DNA of 63,230 bases, filler included, from Phoronis australis (taxonomy: Eukaryota; Animalia; Phoronida), in assembly GCA_002633005.1 (NCBI GenBank). It is 7 parts of 7 records of this genome, joined end to end, with 100 filler letters (N's around TTAATTAATTAA, not from the genome) between each part and the next. Parts side by side here need not be neighbours in the genome. Positions count along the whole stretch, not along the records: positions 47,031 to 58,619 come from NMRA01000235.1; positions 58,720 to 61,021 come from NMRA01003749.1; positions 61,122 to 63,230 come from NMRA01003850.1; 4 more parts are not named here. One strand, 5' to 3'. Shown here one piece after another: positions 51,435 to 63,230 of this stretch. Made by a program: the position numbers and the translations under genes. Positions within the stretch are counted from its first letter, which is position 1; every line of letters begins with the position of its first letter. The notes below the pieces were generated by a model. It saw only the letters and a program-made list of their open reading frames with translations. It had not been told where the DNA came from and did no database searches.

Positions 51435-54400
51435 GGTTTCACTGGATATGCATCATCCCTAAGAGGTGCAACGGGCATATTTGCAACGTCAGCGGGACGA
51501 GTCAGCTTTTTGGTTGCAAAAGTTCGCTGTTCACTTTGAACGCCTTAAACGTTCGACAAATTCTTGTAAAAATAAGTAGGCACAGATGGGCATCTGTCAT
51601 TTGACAAATGTTTATTACGTCTTTGAAATTTTCGTTATTAAAAAGCATTTTGCCACTATTCCACACTGGCCGTTTGCGAAATATAGTTCCAAAAGCTATC
51701 CCTTAGGGATCGACACCCGAACCTCGGAGCTACCCAGATTCAAGGCAATATTGTTCTAGGAAAATCTCTGTGGCTTGAGTTGACTTCGCTGCGAAGAGTA
51801 CTGTGCGCATATTTTGCTTTTCTTTTCGTGATGTAAATTTACATTTACATCCGGGTATAGAGTTGCGTATCATCTGTGTATATTTACGTACGGGTGTGCT
51901 GCATACAAACGGGCTTTAGGCAAGCATGGGTATCTGATGAAATGCCACAAGATGTCGCGGAATGACTGCAAAAGAAATTGGGAGGCAGTAGGGAAAGATA
52001 AATATTTAGTTTGGGGTATAGGAAGGTATTGATGGGAGGACCTGGAAGTGTAGATGCATTTATTTGGTAGTTCAACAAAAGATCCTTGGATTGTGGTAAC
52101 CAACAATGGAGAGTGTCATTAGGGAATTCGAACACGTGCTCAATGACATTCTACTCATTCATAAAGAGACATATGTCATGTGAGGAATGTCAGAAACTGG
52201 GAGCAGAAATTGAGAGTCATCTTGATATATAGGGGAAAGGATACTTTGAGGAATTTGTCCAGCCCAGGGTTCTCTAAAGAGGAGATTAGCCGCCCATATC
52301 CACGATCTTTACTCAGTGACACTGAAAGTGTCTGAAGACAATAAGTTTACCTAGAAACTGTCTGATTCTTTGTGAAAATTTATCATGTAGGACCTTATAT
52401 GTATGTTGGCAAGTCGGCGTATTTAGCCAAATTTATACAAATTTGTAGATTTTGACTCAGTAGAGTTATATAATTTCTGGAAATACAAAAACCTGTAGAA
52501 ATTGCTGTTCAATTGTGTACCAGATAGTCTAGCATACATACATGTATGGTCACCAAAAAGAAAGATAATTTGTTAGGAAACAATGGTATGAAAAACATGA
52601 TCAAATTTTTTGATATAAATGTCAAGGTGAGATCCACAAACACTTTTCAGTTTCGTTTCAGTTGGTTCTATGCAACCTCAGTGCATAAAGTATATTATCT
52701 GAACGGTGCATATGAATCTGACGATCTGTCACTTCTGACATATGATTTTCTGATTAAAAGATGGTCTAACTTTTTCTAGGACTCGACATAACATGAATTG
52801 TCCACTCATGGAACTGGTATCTATTATACGCGTGCTGTGTACAAATGAACACAAATAAATAATCTCTGTCTATCTGTCCATTCGTCTGTTTGTGTGGCCG
52901 CCTGTCTCTCTGTTGTTCTCAGGATCTGACTTTGCTTTGTGAAGTTGTGGTTTCCCCTTACGACATCCTACATGTATATCCACCAGTAATTTGGATATGG
53001 CTGATGCGCATCCTCGTACTTTCAAGGATGCGAGTCGTCCTAAGATGTAGCGCTTTAAGTAAATTTAGCAAGCCTAATATCGTCACCGACTATTGAACCA
53101 TGAAGCCAAGTTAACACGTTTTGCTTGGTTAAACACGGACATCCAACAGTGATAGTGTTAGTACTATAGCAAGGGCGTATCAAATAAGGCTGCTATCATT
53201 GTTGCACTAAACAAAACATGGGTCACAAAAGAACAACAGTTTGATCTCTCCACAATCAAAGCATCAGTTCACGACCTCAGCGATGGGATAGCGTAAAAAT
53301 ACGTGCCGCGCACATGTACATGTATGATGTTGTTTCAACTGACATGCGTGGCTTCACCTTATGATTGGTGGCAAATGAGGGTTATCATGGGAGTATCGGT
53401 GACATGTACACTGTACGCCGTTTAGTTCGTGCGATATCTAAAGCCACCCTGAACCATGCTAGACTGATCTTAAAAACAACACATGGTTGCATAATCGGCA
53501 GTCAGCAACTTCTGATATTCCCGGCCTTAAGCTGTAAGGCGTTATCTCATCGTCTCAAAGCTATAAATAACAACTATGTACTAAATCAAATCTGTGTTTT
53601 AATTGACAAAAGTTGTGGGTTTAATGACCCGCTAAGGGACTTCCAAAGCGGCGACTAAAATTTTATCTTAGTTATAAATGATTGAAATATTGCCAACATG
53701 TTTACATCATGCTAACATTTTAAAATCTTACCGAGATTGACCAACAATCTCGTTTTTAATCTCGTCAACATTTTATAAAATCTCAACAGGATTCTTTAAT
53801 ATCTTGCAAAGACAAATTTTCGGTCTTACCTTTAGCCCAACTGTGGCTCAAATTATGATGGACGACACTCGCATTAACCAGCGTTTACGCAAAACCCATT
53901 ATTCTCGCACGTACAGAATGCACGCCTGGTTATGAGTTGTCAAGCTCATTAAACATTCAATGACTCAAGTCGTATGGATTCAAAACTAGAAAAAGACACA
54001 TTTACACTGCTAGAGATTATAACACTTCCACAGTTATGACAATTTTAGTCTTTTTCGTATCACTTATAACGTGACAAATAATTGGTCGGAACATTAATAA
54101 CCTGTTCCCTACAAGACTACCTGAGTCCGTTGGACAAAGTGCTGCTGTATGGAGGTCACATCCGTCAATGTTTCTGACAGCCTCTGTCTGAACACTAATC
54201 ATGTATCACTTAAACTTGACAATTAAATGCAACGTATTCCGCTGTACATTACCTGTTTACTGATACAGTAGGCCTACCCCATTCCTGTTCACGTGTTATC
54301 GTACACCACTGAGGCTGACTGTGACAATGGTTTTCTATCCGTGTGGACGAATTAAACAATTTGTGGAGGGGTCTCTACCTTGCTACACATGAGATTCATA

Positions 54401-55843
54401 CCAATATCGCTATCTTCATGCAAGTGATTGTGTGAAAGGTAATGCTTTGCAAAAACGTGGGCTTCAAACATCTGTTGCATGAAACAGTCCCAGAGAGGGA
54501 CTCACCTATAGACCAGCGCAATAGAGGACAAGTTGTGAAAACACTGATTATTCTTTCTTTGGCTGTTTTATTCTCATTACTAAATCAAAATACTTTGATA
54601 CGCACAGATGCTAAACTCTAAGTTGAATTCTCAATATTATTGAAAGTAAGTTAGGACTTTTTTCATGCAACACTCCTACAAATTTGAGGACTAATATCCT
54701 CTGAATTTCCATAGAAATAAGGTTTCAGTTTTTAGCTATATTATTTGAAATGGTCATTAGCAAGGAGGACCTCAAAGTAAAGGTAAAATGGTAAAAAGTG
54801 TAATATTTGTGCATAAACAAACACGTAAACATGCACAAGATTTTGCGAGCTTATATTTGGGACCGTTTCATTCAACCGGTCCTAGTAGAGACATTTCCAA
54901 ATGTATCTAATGGCCCCCATCAGAAAAAGCTGAAGTGTGTTATCCTTTTGCATGCACTTTGTCAAATAATTTCTTCAATTTCGTGAAATTATCTTTGATA
55001 GTAACATCTTAGTTAATTGATGGAACGTGTATGTGAGCGGCTACGCTTTCCTGACAATATAGTTGCCTTCCTTCAGAATGCCAGAAATTTCTCAATAATA
55101 GTTGTACAAGCAATATTTACACTAATCTCTTTTGTCCCCATGGCATGGCGATTGATAAGAAGGGGTGTAATAGTGCCACTAGCCCATTACAGTCTGGCTT
55201 GGAATTTAAAGGTGCTATGTCTCATAAAAACCGTGACCCCAACCCTAACCCTATCCCTAAGCCTGACACCACGATAATAATATGATGTTTCGTTGGTCCT
55301 ATTCTTAAGCTGGATGGATGTTCTTCTCGTTTTCCATAGGATTTGGGGAGTAAAAATTGACGTGTTGAAGCAAAGGAAAATGTCCTTAATCCGAACATCA
55401 ACGACATACATGTGCCGTTTCTAGAAGTGGCACGCTCGAGGCTCTCTCATTATTACTAGTTTATTTGATAATATACATAATTACAATAATAAATACAGTA
55501 ATATGTAATTGGTAGAAAAAATTTAGAAAATAATTATGTACATGTATAGTATCTGGATAACACCAAAAACTTTAAAAAATATTTCCGTGGTGGTCCAATT
55601 CACAAATTAAAAATATTAAAGGCAATAAATATTACGTGTAAATAATACATTAGGAATGGTTATACAGGAGGAATGAGATGTGAAAGAAACTAGCTATAGG
55701 TTAAAATGAGCTGAAAAGGACTGTAGGATGAAGTGATATGATAGATGACAAAACTAGATAGATAAATAACTAAATTACCAAATAAAACCGAAATCGGAGT
55801 TATTACCTCTCAAAATTAGGGTAAATAGATATTGTTTGATTTG

Positions 55844-56200
55844 TCAAATTAACATATTTAAATCTCTTATGTCTCTCAGGTGGCCAGGAAGTGAATTCCA
55901 CAGAACTATGATTGAATTTAAAATCGACTGCAGATCCATGCCTTTGACATACAGGAGGAATAACAAGGGGCCCAGAATAGAATCGTGGGGAACGCCAAAT
56001 GTTATCCGTTTCAGTTCAAACTGACAGCCTAGTGAGTCAACCAGCTGGGATCTGCAGGTTAAATTAGTGTCGAAGCACTTGACAAAATTCTGTTTACGAC
56101 CAACAGATTTTAATTTATTAATAAAAATGTCATGATTTACCGTGTCGAACGCCTTTTGTAGATCAATTAAAACCATTCCAGCAATTTTACCGGCATCGAG
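55844..56200 (-). mobile_element. CR1/L2-group LINE RT relic with an internal deletion
   Basis: GMVLIDLQKAFDTVNHDI and GVPHDSILGPLLFLLYV are joined directly to the ORF2 C-terminal motif LWNSLP; the YADD region is missing. Confidence 0.82.
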
Positions 56201-57440
56201 AAGGCTTGTTCACGATAAGACTGCATTTGCAATTACAGTCATGTTATGGGGTGTTTCCATGTATTTATGTCCACATATGTCATAAATTTTATTCCCACGT
56301 GATGAGTGTATTATACTATTGTCTATGAATTCTTCAAAGGTATGATTAAATTGGCCTCTGAAATTTTAGAGTGTTACAAATTACCAGAAACATTGCATTT
56401 TTATGTTATATGTGCTCATTTTAGGAAGATAGCAGTTATAATTATACACTTACAAATATAGCATCAAAGGAAAACATTTTAAAATGCTTAATACTTGTAG
56501 ATAATGATCTTATATCTTTTAATGCAGAAAACCGAATCGTAATCTAATGCCTGGAACCAAAGATATTGCACGCTGAATCAACACTATTTTCGTTATACAT
56601 GTATATCTTACAATTTATCTTTGTTTTTAGTGCATACTACAATAAAATATTTTGTGGAATCCAAGGCACTTTTAAAGTTTACTTTCTGATAGTGACTGTC
56701 ACGCACAAAGACGGAATAAACGAAATACACCCTGAGCGTTGTTTCTAAAATGTGTATTTTTAGCACATGGAATATAGACTTAAATGTCCCTTCTAAACAT
56801 GTAGCGTCCATAGCTCTCTCTAAACATGTTAACTACGTGTTGCTGTTACTCAGTGTTTTATCTTATGGAATATGCTCCTGGACACACGTTATTCACACTG
56901 TCAATTAATGATAACTATATCTCTGGAGTTGACAATAAGTGCTACCATCCATGAATGTAGTGTCCGTAGACATTTTGTAGCGTCCGTAGACTTAAACAAG
57001 GACACTGCATGGCAACAATGGTTAACCATGGTATGTTGCAAGGTAAATACCTGGACTTTATTATAGAGTATTGTGTTGTTTGAGATCAAGAAATCTGAGT
57101 AAATACTTTTTTGTAGCGTCCGTAGATACCCATACACCTTTATCATCTCTTAAATAGTTGATTATTCACACAATAATGGATTCGGATTCTCAAAACAAAT
57201 GTTCACAACCTGTTTAGGACAGTCAAAACTACACATTTATAATGTGTTAGTATGCCTACATCAAATTTTAAAAAATGGTGAATTTGGTGCCAAAAATAAC
57301 CCTGATCGTGGAAAAGCCGTTAGCTAATTTTATGTTATCAGTAAGGTAAGACAAACAGGTTATTTCTTAATATTCCAATTGTTCGTAGACAACTCGTTCC
57401 AAAAACTTGAATGGGGAACAAATGATACATATTGGTCTAT

Positions 57441-58619
57441 AATAGCTCACTTGCGAGTTTCTCGTTAGTCACTGTGACGTCACCGGAAAAGGGGCAAAAC
57501 CCGCCATATTGCTCTTGTTTTGCCGCCAGTCTTTGCTACACACGCTAAAACTTACTGGAGTTCTTATGGTGAATTTTACGCTTAAAACGTTAAAACAACT
57601 TATGATATGGTATATGTAACGTGGAATAACTGTGAATGGACGAAGAAAATGTGAACTTGTTATGTTGTGCGAAGCTGTGAACGGACTGAAATTGCAACTT
57701 AACCCGCTCTAGGCCTGAATGCCGCAGGCATACACGGGCCGATAGTGTATCCCCATAAAAAGATATTCACTTCAAAATACAGCTAATAAAATCAAATGAA
57801 ACATGCATATGTACGCATGAAGTTATAATTAACACATACCCTGACTCTGGACACAATTTAGTCTACAAATAACTTGAGCATATCCATGAAAACCTCGCGG
57901 TTCTCTCGAGTTTCTTTCACTGGCCGCCATTTTGAGGAAGTTATGTGAAATCACGCCTGTTGACGAACAAAAAGTCCAAGGGACACAAATCTTACAAATT
58001 TCACTTGATATTTTCTCATGCTATTTTGCAAGTGTCACGCGCCAGGTCACGCGCCAGATCTCGCGCTCCGCTCAGTCTCGCGCTAGCCTTTGCCTCATAC
58101 TCTCCTGGCTCAGTTTAAATACTTAGTAATTGTGGTTATTGCGTGCGCGGACAAAGTTAACAGTAACCACAAAGTGGAGTTGGAATTCTTCGCCAAAGTC
58201 ACATGAGTTTCCGTATATATGCTTCATCGAAGATATGTTTAGAAGCAGAAAGAGTCACTGAAGAAAGTAAGAGCCTTTTAGGTGGTAATTTTAGGTGTAG
58301 AATGTATTTTTGGTGAGGTGAAAACTTTATCAGTGAGCGGATTTCGCCTTCCGCCCGTTTAAATACACGTTACGAAATTAGTACAGAACGCGATAGAACG
58401 TATTGTAGTGCGAATCTGAATTTCATTTGCCATAACAGCAATGCTTTTTGGACATTTTTCGAACTAAACGGCTAAAAACTCGAAGACAATAACATAATAC
58501 ACTCTGCTACCGTATTGGGCAAATGACCAAACGACAAGCTTTTGCCCCACTTCCCGTGACGTCACAGTTAAGTCTCACATAATCTCGCGTTATTGTTATA
58601 AACTCGCAAAAGGCCTATT
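57441..58619. mobile_element. Deleted two-ORF DNA transposon (ISL2EU/Harbinger-like) with imperfect TIRs
   Basis: Ends AATAGCTCACTTGCGAGTTT and AAACTCGCAAAAGGCCTATT, plus inverted subterminal CTGTGACGTCAC..GGGGCAAAA. The plus strand has a SAP-like relic (TLKQL..Y..RGITVNGRRKCELV). The minus strand from 58455 has a THAP-like relic (MSKKHCCYGK*NSDSHY). Confidence 0.6.
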
Positions 58620-58719
58620 NNNNNNNNNNNNNNNNNNNNNNNNNNNNNNNNNNNNNNNNNNNNTTAATTAATTAANNNNNNNNNNNNNNNNNNNNNNNNN
58701 NNNNNNNNNNNNNNNNNNN
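58620..58719. other. Artificial contig spacer
   Basis: N44-TTAATTAATTAA-N44. Confidence 0.95.
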
Positions 58720-58986
58720 CAAGAAGTGACCAGCAGCATGTAGTACAAAAAAAATCCACAAATAAGACGAAATTTCATTTTGCCAGGATATAGTTATACA
58801 GAACTCTTACTTTAAAAAGCACGGTTTTCACTGTTCAGCAGTCACAAAAAACACACACGGAGTCATGAAGCAAGCTGCCCTGTCTTGACACAAGAGCAGA
58901 GCAAAGCATTGAAATGTGTCAGTGACTGCAATAAAAATGGTATGCTTCTAGGGTTGTTTATTAGAAACAGATTATTGAAATAAAAA

Positions 58987-59004
58987 GGCCACCTAGGGGC
59001 GCAG
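58987..59004 (+). promoter_or_regulatory. CTCF-like motif
   Basis: GGCCACCTAGGGGCGCAG, close to the CTCF core consensus. Motif match only. Confidence 0.35.
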
Positions 59005-59024
59005 CATAAGTCAAATCATTCTGA

Positions 59025-59730
59025 AACCACAGGCGTCCTCAGCTTCAGATTGTCCCCAATACACTATGTATGTACGGACGTACGTACGTATGTATGTGTA
59101 TATATATCTATACTACAAGGTATGACACTCGGGACTAGAAATTCCACGGGTGCTTCACTTCAGCAGTCCATATCAAACACAAAACTCAATAAATTTACAA
59201 CAAACAGGGGTTCAACAAACCATGAGCAATAGTTCTTTCTTCTAATACCATTTACGGTGTCCTGCTCCAGCGAGTTCGCAACAAATTTGCAGTCAAATTA
59301 TAAAAATCTTCACAAAAAGTCCATGCGTACTAACTACTATGTCCCATGCGAGTCGGTTCAAGGTCAAGTACGATACGGAATTATGCAATGAGTTACCGAT
59401 AGGCAGCAACTGCCGGTTCATCACGAAAGGTTACGAAATGGTCTGGCTAACTGTGGAGTTATCGATATCGTGACTTTCCTTGACAAATCGACAATTTCCA
59501 TGGGACAAAGTTTAAGTCAGTATGCATGGGCTTTTGGGAACATTTGTGTGCTTTGACCGCGAATTTGTTGCGAACTTGCTGGGGCAGGTTACCGTAAATG
59601 ATAGAAGAACAATTGCTCATGGTTTGTTGAACCCATTTTGTGTACATTTAATGAGTTTTGTGTTTGATATGGGCGGCTGAAGTGAAGCACCCAGGGAATT
59701 TCAAGTCCTGAGTGTCATACCTTGTATTGG
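59025..59730. repeat. Two inverted copies of the 29265-29500 repeat family
   Basis: 59110-59230 is the reverse complement of ~59615-59727. Confidence 0.8.
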
Positions 59731-60949
59731 GGATGATCACAAGCTGAAGACACGTGTGTCTGAAACAAGGTAAGTGATGTCGTATCTTCATTTAGGAATT
59801 TTTTTGCCAAAAATAATGAATTTTTGCATCTTGACCAGTCTTTTTGAGCCCCCACACTCATTTTTTGACTGAATACCAAATCAGTTGAGCTTCTAAATGA
59901 CCTCAATCAGTAAAATAATGAGTCGTGACAGTCAAACTTTTCACTGTAGTGCTCACTGCAGTCTAAATTCCACAACTAAAATTATTTTCTATCATCTAAT
60001 AATTCACAAAGAATATCAACAATACAGAACACGTTGGATTCTTCTTCGCGTGTTCAATGATCCTGGTGAGACCACTGAACCTCCATCAAGGAACTCCGAA
60101 GATAAAGAGCCATACGCAAACAAAACCTAAACTGCCACTAGGTGACGCCACAATTAAGTCAGACTGAACCCAAAATCAATGGCAGGCGGACACTATGTAA
60201 CCTAATTACATGAGGATCAATCAAGGGCCTTGGGAGATATTGAGGAGCAGACTAACAAATTTCCCACTAGGAGACGCTACAGCAGCTGGACCCCACCTCT
60301 TTGTTGATTGCCACCATTTTATNAAAGAACTTTATCGCCACCAAGTGCGTACTCTGCGCACTCTAATAAACAAATAGTTTCGAAAATGTAGAGTGTGGTA
60401 ATTACATGAGGATCAATCAAGGGCCTTGGGAGATATTGAGGAGCAGACTAACAAATTTCCCACTAGGAGACGCTACAGCAGCTGGACCCCACCTCTTTGT
60501 TGATTGCCACCATTTTATAGGCACAAAGGTTGTTGGGATTTTTTGGGGGGCTAGGAGAGCCCCAGTAACATGCATGTAAAGGTCCTGTGTTAGTTACGGA
60601 AATGCCTGAAAGAGCGACCCGTGTGTTTTATTGAAAGAACGTCCATGGAAATTTGGCAATTCTTCTAGAAACAAGTTACTTTTTCAGAACTTCACATTAT
60701 CTGTGAAAACATGTTTTGTCTCTCCAAAAACGCAAAAAACAGCAACTGGCATGAGCAATGGCATGTTTGAACAAACTTCATTGTCGCGAATGAAAAAGTA
60801 ACAATTCAGTCTATAAGTCCAAATTATTGGGTAAAAATGCACGACTGAGGTTAAAGTTTTATTTACAAGAGCAACCCAGAGCGTTAAAATGAGCCCACAA
60901 TTGCACCGTATACGTTATCCTTCTAGGGTTGTTTATTGGTACCAGAAAG

Positions 60950-60968
60950 TGGCCAGTAGAGGGCACAT
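60950..60968 (+). promoter_or_regulatory. CTCF-like motif
   Basis: TGGCCAGTAGAGGGCACAT, close to the CTCF core consensus. Motif match only. Confidence 0.35.
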
Positions 60969-61021
60969 ATGTAGTATGTTGTACTTTGCAAAATGGAAAG
61001 GCATGGTCATTGTCTCCTCAA

Positions 61022-61121
61022 NNNNNNNNNNNNNNNNNNNNNNNNNNNNNNNNNNNNNNNNNNNNTTAATTAATTAANNNNNNNNNNNNNNNNNNNNNNN
61101 NNNNNNNNNNNNNNNNNNNNN
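61022..61121. other. Artificial contig spacer
   Basis: N44-TTAATTAATTAA-N44. Confidence 0.95.
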
Positions 61122-61928
61122 ACACAATGATGTTACTTTCATAAACTTCCGCAAATCAATCACGGGATTTTGCGAATTTGAAGCATACCTCTAATACCTG
61201 ACTAGCAGACGGGACATTGGACTTTACTGCGACTCTAACGCCACTTTTTATATTCTCGATGTTATTCTTTGTGACGCTATGGCCAGCCGAACAGACAATT
61301 ACCATGGGGAAGTGGAGAGGTGTGGAGCTGTTACGTCACAGAATGTGTGTTGTCGTGTTGTTCCCCGTCGCTTCCTCCAACTACGAAAATCCTTCTGACC
61401 GTCTTTAAATTAACAGACACAAACATAAAAAACGACACAGAAGTTGTTGTCACTCATTAAGGATATCACAGTGACAGGCGATACTTCTGACATTTTGAAT
61501 GAACAGATTCATCCCAGATGGATTCTGCGGTACAACTACAGGGTGAGGTGGAAGGAAATCTACGGGCAGTTTTACACCGCTACAGATTAATACCAGCCAA
61601 GCAGTTACTCAGTTGGCGTAAGTGAATGATAATAAAGAACTATTACGCATTCAGATTCAGAAAAAACTACAGCGTTTTATGCTGATAATTTAGTACATCT
61701 TCAAAACGAAAGAACGAAAAAATAGACTTAAAACCACTAATCGTTGTACGATTCTGAGTAAAAGCTCGGTGCACGGTGTTGCATTAGAAGCAACAGTTAT
61801 TAGCGGTACTTGCTTTTATCATTTCGTCCCCAGCCGTTTCCGCAAAACTATTAATAACGGAGATCCAGAGAAAATCGGAGTTTGGAGTGAACACCCCCTT
61901 CTGTCTTTCTGGAACCGAAACAGTTTAA

Positions 61929-62910
61929 AGGAGAAGGCAACCTTTATTCATGTCATTTTTAGAAAAATACGGTTTGTTGATTATCTCAGACATATTTTTC
62001 AGCAAACAATGGCTTCCCGTAATTTTATTAATTAGCCGCGCCTTACTCTGGAAGTGACGTTTTAGGGCTTAAGAATTTCTCGCCATTTTGTTTTCATATA
62101 TTCTGATTGTGTGAGCTGTCGAGTCAGTCATTGTTTTATATCGGTTTTGATAAGTTTATTTGTTTACGAGTCAGTCAACATGCTGCACGGTTGCTCCGCA
62201 CCTGGATGTACTTATTATCGTCTCACGCGCACTTTGGGTATGCAATTACATCGCTTTCCAAAAGATGACACACTCCGCTGTTCTTGGCTCGTTCGTGTGA
62301 AGAACGCAGCGTTACCCGTCCAAGCAACTTACAACGCAGTGGAGAATTACCGAGTGTGTGGCAAGCGTTTTCTGTCGTACGAACTTAAGAGATATTTAGG
62401 CGGAATTGATGGAGGTTCCTGCAAAACAACGCCTTGAGAAGGGTGTCAAACTGTCGCTGTTGATTCCCAGCAATGCCTCGTCGCTACCCCAACAAGCGCA
62501 TTGTCGAAGCGAGAAGCCTCGCGAGATGTGGCCTCTACAGTGAGTAAAGGCCCTTCATCTACTGTCACTCGTGCATACGAACATACATGTACCCCAGAGC
62601 GTGCGATTCCGGGAACTAGAAGTGATTTTCACTGTGCCAGTGTTGTCCCCAGCCCAGAGTCTGTAAGCAGTCCTGCAGCGACGCTGTGTAGTGGTGTGAA
62701 TACAGGCCTAGTTCAACACCCAGTGAGGAGGAACAGATAGTCATACAATGAACAGGCGGTGAGACAAACTTTAATACGTTTATTGTGGACTGGACTAAAA
62801 TATTGAAGCTATTTAAAAAGTGCCAGGTGTTTGGCGAAGGAGTCACACGGCGGGATGTAAGCGGTTTGGGTGCTCAAGTAACCATCCAGTGGGAAAAGCA
62901 TTGGCATTCA
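61929..62910 (+). mobile_element. 5' part of a THAP-containing Kolobok-like transposon (pseudogenised)
   Basis: TTAA|AGGAGAAGGCAACC left end. THAP from 62180: MLHGCSAPGC...LHRFPKD...WLVRVK...RVCGKRF, with the zinc-ligand His replaced by Arg. Downstream relic FIVDWTKILKLFKKCQ...GAQVTIQWE..HWHS. No right end found. Confidence 0.6.
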
Positions 62911-63230
62911 ATTGAGTGCATACCGTGCATTTTGCACCAAGACGTTGCACCACGCGTTTCCTCAGTCTCTGCCTCATCTCTCTCATAGCTGTCTGTGCGC
63001 ATTCTGCCTCAGTATATCGGGGTTCAAACATATGTCCCCCCACTGACTATTTGTGAAAAAAATCCTTGTCACCACTCCTATGAACAATGTCTTTGTCACT
63101 CACGTCAGTGTGCCTGTGATATGGGTCACCTACTCCATCCATTTTGAGGCTACTAAAAACTAAAAGATTCCTAAATCCAACGTAATTGAGTTCTCCAACA
63201 ACCTAGCTTGTCGTAGAATACGCGTCGATG

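Noticed and set aside
51152-51604. ORFs with poly-Leu and poly-Cys tracts
   Set aside because: Translation artefacts of the CTG/TTG microsatellite; the flanks show no protein-like features.
55236-55262. CCCTAA telomere-like repeats
   Set aside because: Only 3-4 degenerate copies; too short to call an interstitial telomere or a defined element.
60203-60518. Identical 120-bp duplication (60203-60322 and 60399-60518) next to the N at 60323
   Set aside because: Probably a haplotype or overlap assembly artefact at a single-N join.
62111-62437. Functional host THAP transcription factor
   Set aside because: The zinc-ligand His is replaced, the ORF stops early, downstream pieces are frameshifted, and it follows a transposon-like terminus.

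Overview
AT-rich eukaryotic genomic DNA, most likely from a marine bilaterian invertebrate (inferred from a GRL101-type receptor, spliceosomal GT-AG introns and metazoan transposon families). It is not one continuous sequence: six 100-bp artificial spacers (44 N + TTAATTAATTAA + 44 N) split it into seven pieces, so adjacency across spacers is unverified. Recognisable genes, all on the minus strand: (1) a two-exon GRL101-like leucine-rich-repeat GPCR with a very large CUB + C-type-lectin-like + LDLa + LRR ectodomain (6281-13613, with a single-N assembly break at 11661); (2) the six 3' exons of katanin p80 (KATNB1, 33821-38369); (3) a somatomedin-B-domain, Cys-rich receptor ORF, probably a class-B/adhesion- or Methuselah-like GPCR, cut at its first hydrophobic segment by a spacer (47031-48741). 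Between about 17.7 and 29.1 kb, manual translation suggests two tandem, heavily decayed plexin-like pseudogenes that the ORF track misses. Mobile DNA: a DIRS/Ngaro-type retroelement, Tx1/L1-like and CR1/L2-like LINE relics, two THAP-bearing Kolobok-like relics, ISL2EU-like relics, MITEs with TIRs and TSDs, and tRNA-like SINE heads. A tandem array of about 110-bp units, each with a co-oriented CTCF-like motif, lies at 46.1-46.85 kb. All family assignments come from motif recognition by eye; no database searches were run.
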